Shown here piece after piece: positions 41,342 through 51,524 of a stretch of 64,000 bases of DNA. The position numbers were made by a program, and so were the translations under genes. This stretch comes from an uncultured virus (IMG/VR IMGVR_UViG_3300033148_004664). Lineage: Duplodnaviria > Heunggongvirae > Uroviricota > Caudoviricetes. Where the stretch lies: IMG/VR virus record IMGVR_UViG_3300033148_004664; one strand, written 5' to 3'. Position 1 is the stretch's first letter; the number at the start of each line of letters is the position of its first letter. The notes below the pieces were generated by a model, which did not search any database, was not told the DNA's origin, and worked only from the letters and a program-made list of their open reading frames with translations.

Positions 41342-41516
41342 AGTTTATTGCTCCTTTTGTTTTTGATTTTTTATTTGATAGTGTAGCAATAAAATATACA
41401 ACAAATATACTCAACTCAAAACAAAAAAAATACGATTTGTTGATTTTTTACGCTGTAAAAAAGTATTTACATAATAAATTTTAGTTTTATATTATATTTG
41501 TAAAAAGGAGAATATC
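41342..41516. promoter_or_regulatory. divergent promoter region (nrdD versus portal block)
   Basis: AT-rich gap between divergent genes; TTTACA(41466)-18 nt-TATTAT(41490) on + strand. Confidence 0.5.
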
Positions 41517-42437
41517 ATGAATAATCAACCGCAAGTAGGAATGAATGTTTACAATCAAACCGACAATACTGTTTACACGATAAAAGAACAACTTCCAGAG
41601 GGCGCATATTTATTGACTACTGAAGATGGAATGGAGGAATATTACGTGCCGGAGGAAACTTTTTCAGAAGATGTTTTCAAGCCAGTTATGGAACCTCGAC
41701 AGAAAATGGCTGTATCGGAAGTAATTGACGAATTACTTCCAAATGAAGAGGATGTAGACGGAAATCTTGTATCAAAATTTTCTGAATATTTAATGAGATT
41801 CTATGACAAAAAATCTATTGATGATATTTTCAGTGATTTTGTAGCAAAATACAACATTACTGACCCAAGTGTGATAACTAAATTAAAATCGGTTGTTTTC
41901 GATTTGGGAGGACGCACCCCTACTATTACAGCCTCAACTGTCCCGGTTATTATGCACATTGCTGTTGATAAAGTGCCTAAAGCAATTGCGGCGTTATTAA
42001 AAGATGATGAGGCATGTTCTGTACTGTTGTACTCACGAGACCCCGGGTACGATTTAGTTGTTATAGGATTAAAGGAAGAAACTGAAAATTTATTACAGAT
42101 AGAAGGCGTTTATATTGAACAGATGAAAGTGCAAGCAATGCCTCAAACAGGTAAGTATTCATACGCGGAAGAAGCAACTCGTAAATTCGGTGTAGCGTTA
42201 ACCTTACCAGATAAACGATTGTTGGATTTTTATGTTGACTATGTAGGTTTGGATGGATATGAGGCACAAAATTTACTTTCTGATTGGACAACTAAATCTG
42301 GAATGTCGTTCAAGGAATTTTTGAAGAAACATGCGTATAATTATTTAAATAGTAAATTAGATAAAGAATTAGAGTTAGAAGTAGAAGAAATTGAAATTGG
42401 AGGATTATTTGACGATGACGAACTTTTACGAGAATGA
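41517..42437 (+). CDS. hypothetical protein, probable virion component
   Basis: RBS AAGGAG; in the portal operon. Confidence 0.6.
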   Translation: MNNQPQVGMNVYNQTDNTVYTIKEQLPEGAYLLTTEDGMEEYYVPEETFSEDVFKPVMEPRQKMAVSEVIDELLPNEEDVDGNLVSKFSEYLMRFYDKKSIDDIFSDFVAKYNITDPSVITKLKSVVFDLGGRTPTITASTVPVIMHIAVDKVPKAIAALLKDDEACSVLLYSRDPGYDLVVIGLKEETENLLQIEGVYIEQMKVQAMPQTGKYSYAEEATRKFGVALTLPDKRLLDFYVDYVGLDGYEAQNLLSDWTTKSGMSFKEFLKKHAYNYLNSKLDKELELEVEEIEIGGLFDDDELLRE

Positions 42438-42720
42438 GAGCAAACTTTATGCTGATGCGATTAATCATCCTATTAAGCATGTACGTGCCGCAAAAATCAA
42501 CAAGAATTCGCAGGCATACAAAAAATTGATGGCAGCTATTGAGAATGTGCCCCCTGAAGATAGAGACTTGAATGCTTTGGCGTTGTTACTTGCGGGAGAT
42601 GTTTACTATTTATCTCCTAATGACATAGAATTCCATTTGAAGCATGAAACTCCTATAGGAGTAATGCTCGTTCGTGATGCGGAGCAGATGGAACGATTGA
42701 TGCACCAGCGCAATAAATAA
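42415..42720 (+). CDS. hypothetical protein
   Basis: GGAGG upstream; exact start uncertain. Confidence 0.55.
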   Translation: MTNFYENESKLYADAINHPIKHVRAAKINKNSQAYKKLMAAIENVPPEDRDLNALALLLAGDVYYLSPNDIEFHLKHETPIGVMLVRDAEQMERLMHQRNK

Positions 42721-42730
42721 AGGAGAATAT

Positions 42731-43369
42731 ATGGCTACAATAATAATTGCACGTCCAAGATTTGATGCGGCAACTACGTTTCTATTTGAATGGGCGGATG
42801 ATGTTATTGATTATATTAAACAGAACAGAGTAGCGGGAGATAGATTAGTTGACATACAACGTAGTGCTGTTACACGAGATCGTATTACTACTGTATTAAA
42901 TTCAAATAGAGACAATAATGGTCTTTATTTTCATTTTGATCATGGGCAATACAAAGAACTTATAGGTCATAATAGAGACATAGTTATTGATATGGATAAT
43001 GCGGGTATTCTAAAAGGATACGGAGTATATGCTTTCGCTTGCGAATCCGCCCGTATATTGGGGCGGGAAGCGGTCAAGGCGGGAGCGCGTTGTTATTTGG
43101 GATATAAGGAGCCGTTCGGCTTTATTATTACTAAATTAGATGATTTCAGACGTGTTGCAGTTGAACCGGCTATTGCTTTGGTTGCCGGTAAGACATTTGC
43201 AGAAGCACGTGATATTGTTGTTGATTTGCTATCATCGTTATTGAATAAATATTATCAAGAGTATCTTGAAACAGGCGATTTAACTGCTTATTTAGGTGCA
43301 TTGTGGGCATACAAGGATTTGAAAGCAGTTGAATTGTTAGGAGATCCAACAGTTAAATTAAAGAGGTAG
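42731..43369 (+). CDS. clan CD cysteine peptidase-like protein (caspase/gingipain C25 fold)
   Basis: YFHFDHG (His-Gly), YAFACES (Ala-Cys), YLGY, terminal LLGDP. Confidence 0.65.
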   Translation: MATIIIARPRFDAATTFLFEWADDVIDYIKQNRVAGDRLVDIQRSAVTRDRITTVLNSNRDNNGLYFHFDHGQYKELIGHNRDIVIDMDNAGILKGYGVYAFACESARILGREAVKAGARCYLGYKEPFGFIITKLDDFRRVAVEPAIALVAGKTFAEARDIVVDLLSSLLNKYYQEYLETGDLTAYLGALWAYKDLKAVELLGDPTVKLKR

Positions 43370-43380
43370 GGGAATATGTT

Positions 43381-43797
43381 ATGAGGAACGATAAACTTAT
43401 TGATTCAGACAAAATACAAGCGTTGGGAGAGTTCGACGTTTGTACTTCGTGCGCTCTTAAATTGCGTGCCGGAAATGATTTGTTTACTATACTCAATCCT
43501 CGTATATCGACGGGGAAATGTTATTTCTGCGGCAAAGAGCGGGTATTGAGACGAGTAGCTACGGACAATTTAATGAAGGCGGCACGTTTCACTGTTAAAC
43601 GTGCTGAAGTGTATCCGATTAGGAAAATCGTGAAAATAGTGGGTGCGCCGAAACGATATGAATCTGTTATCGGAGAAACGGCAGAAATTATCGGTAAGAA
43701 TATGACGCGAATGGGGCCACGATATAAATTAATGTTGGGGGATGGACATATAATTCCTGTATATTTCAAACATAATGATTTAGAGCCAATCGACTAA
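43381..43797 (+). CDS. hypothetical protein with zinc ribbon and SH3-like domain
   Basis: CTSC..CYFC; C-terminal IVKIVG..GETAEII. Confidence 0.55.
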   Translation: MRNDKLIDSDKIQALGEFDVCTSCALKLRAGNDLFTILNPRISTGKCYFCGKERVLRRVATDNLMKAARFTVKRAEVYPIRKIVKIVGAPKRYESVIGETAEIIGKNMTRMGPRYKLMLGDGHIIPVYFKHNDLEPID

Positions 43798-43815
43798 TCA
43801 TAGGGGGGTAATATC

Positions 43816-45807
43816 GTGTTTAGATATGTAGCTGACAATATCGGTGGGTCATTGATTACTGATAATTTAGAGGAACATTTTAACACATTACGTGAATCAG
43901 ATGCACGTTTTGTTGTTCAAGATGCTGGAAGTTATAAAGGAAAGGTGCATTATGGAACTATGCTCGGCCCCGCTCCTCGCCCTATGATAAAAACAGCGAG
44001 CGTGGATTATAAGAAAACAACACCGCTTATACAAGACCCACGTACATCATTTTTGGCATTACAAGTACCGGAAGACAGAGTAATTTTAAATCAGTTATAC
44101 CGGTACTACGATGCTACGGATCCCATTATACAGAACGCTCATAGACTGCATACGGAATTCCCGCTTGCCAATATGATGCTTGCCGATTGTGGAGATCCAG
44201 CGGTACAAAAACATTTCGAGGAGGTTTGGTACGATAGGATTCAAGGGCCGACTTTGTTGTTAGATATTGGTATTGAATATAATAGATTGGGGAATGTTGT
44301 TCTATTCGGTGCTTGGAATGCTACTGATTTGATGTGGGATAAGTTGGCGTTATTGAATATTGATAATATTAAAATTGAGGATACATGGTTGGCACAGCGA
44401 CCTTTGATTAAATTGATTCCTGATGAGAATTTGAAAAAGATCGTTAATACACAGCGACCGTGGTCTTTGTATAAACAGTTACATCCTGAAATTATCAAAT
44501 ATGTCAGGCTTCATAAGGAAATTCCGCTTGATCCTGCTAATGTATGGCATATAACGTATAATCGTGCACCTTATGAGGTATGGGGCGATCCTCCAGTAAA
44601 ATCCTTACTGAAATTACTATTTTATGAAACGAAGTTAATGGACGCTCAAATAGCAATAGCGATGCGTCATATCGTGCCTATTACGCTGGTTAGGGTTGGA
44701 AGCGAGAAAGCGGGCTGGTTGCCTGATGAATCAGAACTTGCCGACATACAGGAGTTATTGGCGGCACGCGAGCTTGATCCGAATATGTCTATAATTTATC
44801 ATTACGGATTAAACATTGATTATATAGGTGCAACTGGCAAAGTATTACCTGTTCAGCAAGAGCTTACTCGTATTGATGAATTAAAATTAATGGGATTAGG
44901 TATCAGCAAAGCATTTCTTGGAGGTGAAGGCGGACCGACATACAGTAATGCATCAGTAGCTCTTGCTGTTTTAAGACAGCGATACCTTCATATTACTCGT
45001 AAGTTCAGTCAGTTTGTGGAAAAGGGATTATTCCAACCTATTGCTGACGCTTGTGGTTTTTACAAAACCGAGAAAACTGTTGTCGGTGCTGCCGGAGCAC
45101 GTCGCGTAACATATGGTGATATAAGTAAAGAAGCAAATGAATTAAGAAAACAATTCAAGGAATCTTCTATTAGAGATTTTAAAGATAACCAAGAATTCAA
45201 AGAGTTTTTGATAGCAAGAGCTGTTGAACGATTGAAAAAGGCAGCACGAGAGAATCGTCAATACGTTTTTCCGAAATTGGATTGGAATTTGATCACGTTA
45301 GCGGGAGATATTGATTGGCGTAGATGGGTTTCGGAATTCAACAGTAAATTCCAGACCGAGAACGGCTTGCCTCTTGTTAGTGAATCTACACTGTATAGAT
45401 TGTTACAGCTTGACGAGATGTCGGAACGCAAGAATGTTATACGTGAAGCTCGTGAGCGTAAGATCCGGCTTGAGATGCTTCGCCGTGAAGGTATTCCTGT
45501 TCAAACTCAGAATCAAGCCGGTTTAGGTGGTGAATTGCCTTTCATGGGGGGCGGAGGTGGTGGATTTGAATTGCCTCCAATAGGGGGCGAAGAAGGCGGT
45601 CCGACTATGGAAGAACCGTTGGGAACACCTGGTATGATGGGAGAGGAATTACCGACTGGAGGGGGTTTAGGTGAAGTTGGTTTACCTGAATCACCAGCTT
45701 CGCAGGATTCTGAGCACATTACGAAGACCGCCTCAAAAGATCCTGTATTAGATATACTTGAGCAGGAGATAGCAACGGACTTGCAAAAAGAAATAAAAGG
45801 AGATTAA
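43816..45807 (+). CDS. probable portal protein
   Basis: DPIIQNA..HTEFP, GNVVLF, WGDP.V, LMGLGIS..FLGG..TYSNASV, Gly/Pro/Glu-rich tail typical of large-phage portals. Confidence 0.7.
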   Translation: MFRYVADNIGGSLITDNLEEHFNTLRESDARFVVQDAGSYKGKVHYGTMLGPAPRPMIKTASVDYKKTTPLIQDPRTSFLALQVPEDRVILNQLYRYYDATDPIIQNAHRLHTEFPLANMMLADCGDPAVQKHFEEVWYDRIQGPTLLLDIGIEYNRLGNVVLFGAWNATDLMWDKLALLNIDNIKIEDTWLAQRPLIKLIPDENLKKIVNTQRPWSLYKQLHPEIIKYVRLHKEIPLDPANVWHITYNRAPYEVWGDPPVKSLLKLLFYETKLMDAQIAIAMRHIVPITLVRVGSEKAGWLPDESELADIQELLAARELDPNMSIIYHYGLNIDYIGATGKVLPVQQELTRIDELKLMGLGISKAFLGGEGGPTYSNASVALAVLRQRYLHITRKFSQFVEKGLFQPIADACGFYKTEKTVVGAAGARRVTYGDISKEANELRKQFKESSIRDFKDNQEFKEFLIARAVERLKKAARENRQYVFPKLDWNLITLAGDIDWRRWVSEFNSKFQTENGLPLVSESTLYRLLQLDEMSERKNVIREARERKIRLEMLRREGIPVQTQNQAGLGGELPFMGGGGGGFELPPIGGEEGGPTMEEPLGTPGMMGEELPTGGGLGEVGLPESPASQDSEHITKTASKDPVLDILEQEIATDLQKEIKGD

Positions 45808-45810
45808 AAA

Positions 45811-46260
45811 ATGAGTAAAATTAATGAATTTAATAATCAAACTTTACCCGATAATGAAGAAGAATTAAGACATTTATTTATGTGCGATAAATTAATTTTT
45901 AATGGCGACCTTAATTTTTCTGATTTATTTTCATTAAAAAATAGATCAATAATTTATTCGCCGATTAATTTAATCGTTAATGGAAATCTTGATGTGAGTT
46001 GGTGTAAGTTTTTAAGATCTCCTCAAAAATTAATTGTTAATGGTTCGGTTAATTTATCGTTTTCGGATTTTGTAATTCCGAGCGGAAGTATAATTACAGA
46101 AGATGTTATAGCTTATGGAGTTACAAATATTAATGAGATTAATATCGGCGGTAATATTTATGGTATTAATGAAACACGTCGTTGGTTTAATGATCCTGAA
46201 ATTCTTCGAGATGTTTATCTTGGCAATGCAAAAATTAATATTAATATTTGTTATGTGTAA
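45811..46260 (+). CDS. short beta-solenoid/LRR-like repeat protein
   Basis: LIFNGDLNFS / LIVNGNLDVS / LIVNGSVNLS repeats. Confidence 0.6.
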   Translation: MSKINEFNNQTLPDNEEELRHLFMCDKLIFNGDLNFSDLFSLKNRSIIYSPINLIVNGNLDVSWCKFLRSPQKLIVNGSVNLSFSDFVIPSGSIITEDVIAYGVTNINEINIGGNIYGINETRRWFNDPEILRDVYLGNAKININICYV

Positions 46261-46279
46261 TTAAAAGGGGATTAAATTA

Positions 46280-47137
46280 ATGTTAAAGTTATCAAGAAGA
46301 GAAGAGGATTTTGATTCGTTAAATATGCTTAAGGGCAGACCTTTTCAAGGTGCTCCAGTATTAGTTCAAAGTATTCTTCGCGACTACAAAATTTACGATA
46401 AATTATGTTTACGTAATTTTTGCTTATCCGATGAGGGAATGAGAATAGATAGGGATAATCCTAATTGGACTGAAGTTTTAGATTTAATAGTTTTTGCAAT
46501 AGAAGAGGGAATTATTACTCTCAAGGAATATCTAAACGAATATGGCGATGAAAAGAAATTTTTAATATGTTTATTGCGAAGATACAGTGATGCCGAGATT
46601 AGAGCTTTAACAAAAAATTATCCTGAATTTCGTGATAAGTATTACTATATACTTAAACCATTACATACAGTGATTCGGTGTTTGAGTAGTAAAGAACCCG
46701 CTACTTTACTTTTGGACGATAATTATTCTGTCGGAGATCTTGTTTGTGAAGTTATACAGAATGGTTATGCGAATGTAAGAGATCTGTTTGATATAAAAAG
46801 AGATGGAAACTATTTTATATATTTTTTAGAATCTATGTATAATGATAGTGAAAAGAACCATACTTGTTTAGCCGATAAAGCAGAAGAAGAAGGAATTTTT
46901 GAAGAGCTTGAAAATGACAAGATAAATTTGTTATTGCGGTGTTGTAAAGATGATAATTATGAACAAGCTAAATTGTTAATAGAATCTTTTTTCATGTATT
47001 CTGTTGAAGATTTGGAGGAAGTATATAAGATATGTTTATATTACGGGATTAGAGGAAAGGCGGCACAATATATTGAAGAGAAATTAGGATCGCGTGCTAT
47101 AGATGTACAATATGAACTTGGTTTATTGGATTATTGA
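46280..47137 (+). CDS. leader-tagged protein 1 (family A)
   Basis: Starts MLKLSRREEDFDSLN. Confidence 0.75.
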   Translation: MLKLSRREEDFDSLNMLKGRPFQGAPVLVQSILRDYKIYDKLCLRNFCLSDEGMRIDRDNPNWTEVLDLIVFAIEEGIITLKEYLNEYGDEKKFLICLLRRYSDAEIRALTKNYPEFRDKYYYILKPLHTVIRCLSSKEPATLLLDDNYSVGDLVCEVIQNGYANVRDLFDIKRDGNYFIYFLESMYNDSEKNHTCLADKAEEEGIFEELENDKINLLLRCCKDDNYEQAKLLIESFFMYSVEDLEEVYKICLYYGIRGKAAQYIEEKLGSRAIDVQYELGLLDY

Positions 47138-47154
47138 CACAAAAGGTTTTTGCT

Positions 47155-48072
47155 ATGTTAAAGTTATCAAGAAGAGAAGAAGATTTTGACTCATTAAATC
47201 AATATAATCAATTTTATGGTAAAACGGAAATAGGTAAGATATTAAAAAAGTATAGTATCTTTAGTGAGCCGGGATTGAGATCGTTTTGTTTGAATGAGCT
47301 TGGAGGAACGGTTCGTGATAAATTTCTTAGTATTGAGGAATTATGTCTTATAGTTTATGCTATTGAAATCGGGACTATAACATTAGAAGAATATATTGAT
47401 ACTTATGAAGGAGATGAAGATTTTTTAAATAAAAAATTTATGGATTATTATGAACTTTATAAGGATGTTATAAATGATATAATAAATAAAAAAACTGATA
47501 TAACCGATGCTGTTTTTAGTGTTTTTCCTAAACGTTTAGTAAAAGCATTTGATCTTTATGACATATCTCTTGAAAAAGAAGAGATCGTTGATTTTTGTTA
47601 TGATATTCTTTATAGTTATCCAGAGACTTATATAGATGATTCTTATACATACGCGGAATTTATTGTTGATTGTTTAAAATACGGATTAATATCTGTTCGG
47701 GATCTTGTTGTTGGTGCATTTGATCCTCTTCTTTTATTACAGTTTATAGATGATCTTTCTGAAGATTCTTACGAGTGGGGATTCATATATAGGAGAATGT
47801 GGGATGAAGGGGTGTTTGATTATCTTAAGAAACATAGGATGGCATTATTAAAAAAGGCAATTGAGTCTCGTAGTACTTATGATGTTAAGACTCTTTTAGA
47901 GAACTTGAAATACACCGATGAAGAGCTGCGAGGTATTTATTTAGACCTTCTTTTGGAGAAGCATTTTCAAAAGAAGAGTGATATTATAAATATGATTGAA
48001 TCTGAATTAAGCCCTGCAATTGCGGAAGAAGTATGGGAAGAAATTTACGGATCTTATTACGATGAAGATTAA
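47155..48072 (+). CDS. leader-tagged protein 2 (family A)
   Basis: Starts MLKLSRREEDFDSLNQYNQF at ATG 47155. Confidence 0.75.
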   Translation: MLKLSRREEDFDSLNQYNQFYGKTEIGKILKKYSIFSEPGLRSFCLNELGGTVRDKFLSIEELCLIVYAIEIGTITLEEYIDTYEGDEDFLNKKFMDYYELYKDVINDIINKKTDITDAVFSVFPKRLVKAFDLYDISLEKEEIVDFCYDILYSYPETYIDDSYTYAEFIVDCLKYGLISVRDLVVGAFDPLLLLQFIDDLSEDSYEWGFIYRRMWDEGVFDYLKKHRMALLKKAIESRSTYDVKTLLENLKYTDEELRGIYLDLLLEKHFQKKSDIINMIESELSPAIAEEVWEEIYGSYYDED

Positions 48073-48085
48073 GGAGTTTATTGTT

Positions 48086-48922
48086 ATGGCGAGATTTGTT
48101 GTTACAGCGAGAAGGGAAGAGGATTTTAATTTCAGGTTTGAGCGGGATTTCATGGATATTATAGATTTATTATGGGAAATTCTATATGAAGATGACCCAA
48201 CCGAATTAAAAAGATTTTTAGAATATTACAAATATGAGTTACCAGGTTCCGTTCTATACCAAGCGTTAGGTTGGGCGACTAATAACGTAAGTGATATAAA
48301 TACCGTATATTCTTTAATAGATACGTTAAAAGAATTAGATATGCAATTATACTCTCTCAATTTTTATAGTTTATTGTTTTATAAACAAAATGTTCCTGAA
48401 TTTGATCTTCAATATATAAAAGACATGGTATCACAATTTAGTATAAACGATGTGTTTAAAATTGCTTTGAGTAATAAATCTATTAGAATAATAAAACTAT
48501 TATTCAAAGAGAAATTTTTACGACATACAAAGAAGAATCATGATGCTGCTCTGTCTACATTTGCAGACAATAAATCTTTGTTGTTGCGATTAGTGATGGA
48601 TGCAAATATTGTTCCCATAGGAGAATGCGGAGAGTTTCTTGTTAATATTTACAAAAAATATAAAGATCCTGAATTTATATCATTTTTAATACATAGAGGA
48701 AGAAGATTAGAAATATCCCCTGAATATCTATACGAGTTCGTAGATTTATGCGTCCCCTGTAAACTGTTAACTAACTTGATTTTTATCTCTGGAATCAGTG
48801 ATTCACAGTTACAAAGTTTATTGGAATACAACAGCGAAAGTACTTATGAACGATCGTCGGAATGTATTGATGAAATCGATAATTGTATCCAGCGAATACT
48901 AACAGAGTACGAAGGTGAGTAG
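48086..48922 (+). CDS. leader-tagged protein 3 (variant leader, unrelated body)
   Basis: AAGGAG then MARFVVTARREEDFNF. Confidence 0.7.
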   Translation: MARFVVTARREEDFNFRFERDFMDIIDLLWEILYEDDPTELKRFLEYYKYELPGSVLYQALGWATNNVSDINTVYSLIDTLKELDMQLYSLNFYSLLFYKQNVPEFDLQYIKDMVSQFSINDVFKIALSNKSIRIIKLLFKEKFLRHTKKNHDAALSTFADNKSLLLRLVMDANIVPIGECGEFLVNIYKKYKDPEFISFLIHRGRRLEISPEYLYEFVDLCVPCKLLTNLIFISGISDSQLQSLLEYNSESTYERSSECIDEIDNCIQRILTEYEGE

Positions 48923-48927
48923 TTACT

Positions 48928-49788
48928 ATGTTAAAATTATCAAGAAGAGAAGAGGATTTTGATTCGTTGAATCAGTATAATCAGTTTTTAGATAAAACGA
49001 TTATAGGTAAAATACTTAAAAAATATAATATTTATAGTGATCAGGGGTTGAGATATTTTTGTTTGAATGAGCTTGGAGGGGGAGACAGTGTTTTTAAATT
49101 TCGACTTCGTCTTGAAGAATTATGTCTTGTAGTTTATGCTATTAAAACTGGAGTTATAACATTAAAAGAGTATGTTGATACATATAATGGAGATGAAGAT
49201 TTTTTCAATTACAGGTTTCTTAATCAATATAAAATTCATAAAAACTTTATAGACGAAGTGATGAAGAATGTATACGAAGGCAAGGAACTTAACGAACTAT
49301 TTATTTCTCTTCCTTCTTCTGCCGAATACGATTATAGGTTAGAAAAAATACCAATTGTATTAAAACAATATAATATACCGTTCAGACGAAGTGCAGTTGC
49401 TGAATTTTGCAGAAAATTAATATATGAAAACAATCGACCGAATGAATTTATATATAAAACTCTTCTTACTAATGCAGAATTTATCGTTTTGTGTATAAGA
49501 GGCGGTGTAATAGAACCTACGGATTTGGTTCCTGATCAACCTTTTGATTCTATATATTTTATCAGTTTTGTTGATAAGGCTTGGGGTTCATTCGAAGATG
49601 ATGAAGAATCGCTATCAATACAAAATTTTTTAAACCATGTCGGAGAAATTACTGGAATATACGACATGTTTTTTACGCATAAAGATGATATTTTTAAGGA
49701 AATTATTGATAAGAACGACATAAAAACAATACATTTACTTTTATATTCAGACATCATAAATCATGAGGACAAATTGAAGTTATTATGA
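48928..49788 (+). CDS. leader-tagged protein 4 (family A)
   Basis: MLKLSRREEDFDSLNQYNQF; N-terminal ~90 aa close to 47155. Confidence 0.75.
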   Translation: MLKLSRREEDFDSLNQYNQFLDKTIIGKILKKYNIYSDQGLRYFCLNELGGGDSVFKFRLRLEELCLVVYAIKTGVITLKEYVDTYNGDEDFFNYRFLNQYKIHKNFIDEVMKNVYEGKELNELFISLPSSAEYDYRLEKIPIVLKQYNIPFRRSAVAEFCRKLIYENNRPNEFIYKTLLTNAEFIVLCIRGGVIEPTDLVPDQPFDSIYFISFVDKAWGSFEDDEESLSIQNFLNHVGEITGIYDMFFTHKDDIFKEIIDKNDIKTIHLLLYSDIINHEDKLKLL

Positions 49789-49851
49789 TAAGAAAACTTT
49801 GTTAACTTACAAGAAAAAATATAAAGTTTAAATAAAAAAGGAGATTTTTCC

Positions 49852-50811
49852 GTGTTAAAGTTATCAAGAAAAGAAGAGGATTTTGATCATTTATCTATGT
49901 TTCGCTGGTTTTTCAATGAGACAGAGATAGGTAAACTATTAAAAAAATGGGATATATTTAACGAGGAAGAATTGAGGGCATTATGTTTGGAGGAGGAATT
50001 GAGTGGTAGGTATCGGTATGAACCTCTATCGTTGGAAGGAGCTTTTCTTGTGGCTTATTCTATTGAGTCGGGTATTATAACTTTTGATGAGTATGTTGAT
50101 TCTTACCAAGGGTCTTTATCCGATTTTTGTAACTTTTTCTTGCTGCAGTTAAGAGGAAAGGAATTGGATTACATAAGGTCTTTAGTAGAAAGAGATCCTG
50201 AATTAAGAGGAGAGCCTTGTATAGAAGTGTTTTTAGTTTTACCGGAAAGCTATTTAGTAGTTATTTCTTGTTATGGTAGAGAATTGAGCAAGGAAGATAT
50301 TACTTCATTCTGTTATGATTCAATATATGGAGGTACTGATCCTTTTGAAAATTACTCTTATATTCTTGGTGGTTCATCTCGTCTTACGAATGCGGAGATT
50401 ATAATATTCTTTATAGAGTCCGGTTTAGTAAATCCTAAAGATTTAGTACCGGAACCGAGGTTCTTATTAGATACTCTTGGGTTTTTAGATTATATCAGGG
50501 GATTAATAGGTCATCCTACATTTTATGAGTATTTTAATAAACTGGGACATGAATACGGGATATATAAATTGATTAAAGATAACAAGGAAGAAATAATACA
50601 GCATATTATTGAATCGGGTTCTCAAGTAGATGCTGAATTATTACTTGAGTCCGGTCTTTTGACTGAAGAAGATATAGAATATTTTTACAAGCAAATTTTG
50701 ATGAATGAGAAAAGTCTACCAATATTATCAATGGTTGTTGGAAGGTACTTGGATGCAGATATAATAGAGGAAACAAGTAATGAGGTTTTTGGCTTGGATG
50801 AAAATGAATAA
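49852..50811 (+). CDS. leader-tagged protein 5 (family A)
   Basis: GTG start, MLKLSRKEEDFDHL; TEIGKLLKK, LTNAEII. Confidence 0.75.
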   Translation: MLKLSRKEEDFDHLSMFRWFFNETEIGKLLKKWDIFNEEELRALCLEEELSGRYRYEPLSLEGAFLVAYSIESGIITFDEYVDSYQGSLSDFCNFFLLQLRGKELDYIRSLVERDPELRGEPCIEVFLVLPESYLVVISCYGRELSKEDITSFCYDSIYGGTDPFENYSYILGGSSRLTNAEIIIFFIESGLVNPKDLVPEPRFLLDTLGFLDYIRGLIGHPTFYEYFNKLGHEYGIYKLIKDNKEEIIQHIIESGSQVDAELLLESGLLTEEDIEYFYKQILMNEKSLPILSMVVGRYLDADIIEETSNEVFGLDENE

Positions 50812-50831
50812 GAGGAGGATTATTTTAAACA

Positions 50832-51524
50832 ATGTTACGACTCAGTAGAAGAGAAGAGGATTTTGATCATTTATATAAGAAAAGGGAAGATCTTACCTTT
50901 CGTTTTGTTGCTTCCGATACTCTATTAGAGATAATGGAAGACTATGATTTGACTACGAAAGAAGATGTACTTTCTTTTTGCTATAATGGTTTTTATAATC
51001 TTTTAAAGAGTGACGATTTAAACAAGGATATAGATGTCTCGGTTGCTATATTAGAATGCATGGATATAAATTTAATTTCTATCGATACTCTTTTCAGTCA
51101 TAAAGAAGGTCATTCTAACAGCGAATTCATAATGTATCTCGGGCGGTTTATGTATATAGTAGATTCTTATTTGGATACATCAAAAACGACATATATTTTA
51201 AATGAATTTCAAGAATCAACAACTTTCTACGATATGTTGTCTTTTGATTTGTTGTTAGAGATATACAATAAATACGGAACTGCAGAGGATATTTATATAA
51301 TATTACATTATTTTGGAATATATTCTCAGGAATTACTTTATATCTATACTGAAGTAAGAGGATTAATTGAAGAAGGAAATAGTAAATATTACGGGATGTT
51401 GGAATCAATAGTAAAGTGTATAGAAGAGCGGGGACTTGTATCTGAAAAACGTAAAATAGATAGACTTGTAGAGCAATTAGAGGAAAAAGACGAAGGAGAA
51501 AACACTGATGTTGAAACTCAGTAG
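50832..51524 (+). CDS. leader-tagged protein 6
   Basis: MLRLSRREEDFDHL; RBS AGGAGG. Confidence 0.75.
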   Translation: MLRLSRREEDFDHLYKKREDLTFRFVASDTLLEIMEDYDLTTKEDVLSFCYNGFYNLLKSDDLNKDIDVSVAILECMDINLISIDTLFSHKEGHSNSEFIMYLGRFMYIVDSYLDTSKTTYILNEFQESTTFYDMLSFDLLLEIYNKYGTAEDIYIILHYFGIYSQELLYIYTEVRGLIEEGNSKYYGMLESIVKCIEERGLVSEKRKIDRLVEQLEEKDEGENTDVETQ

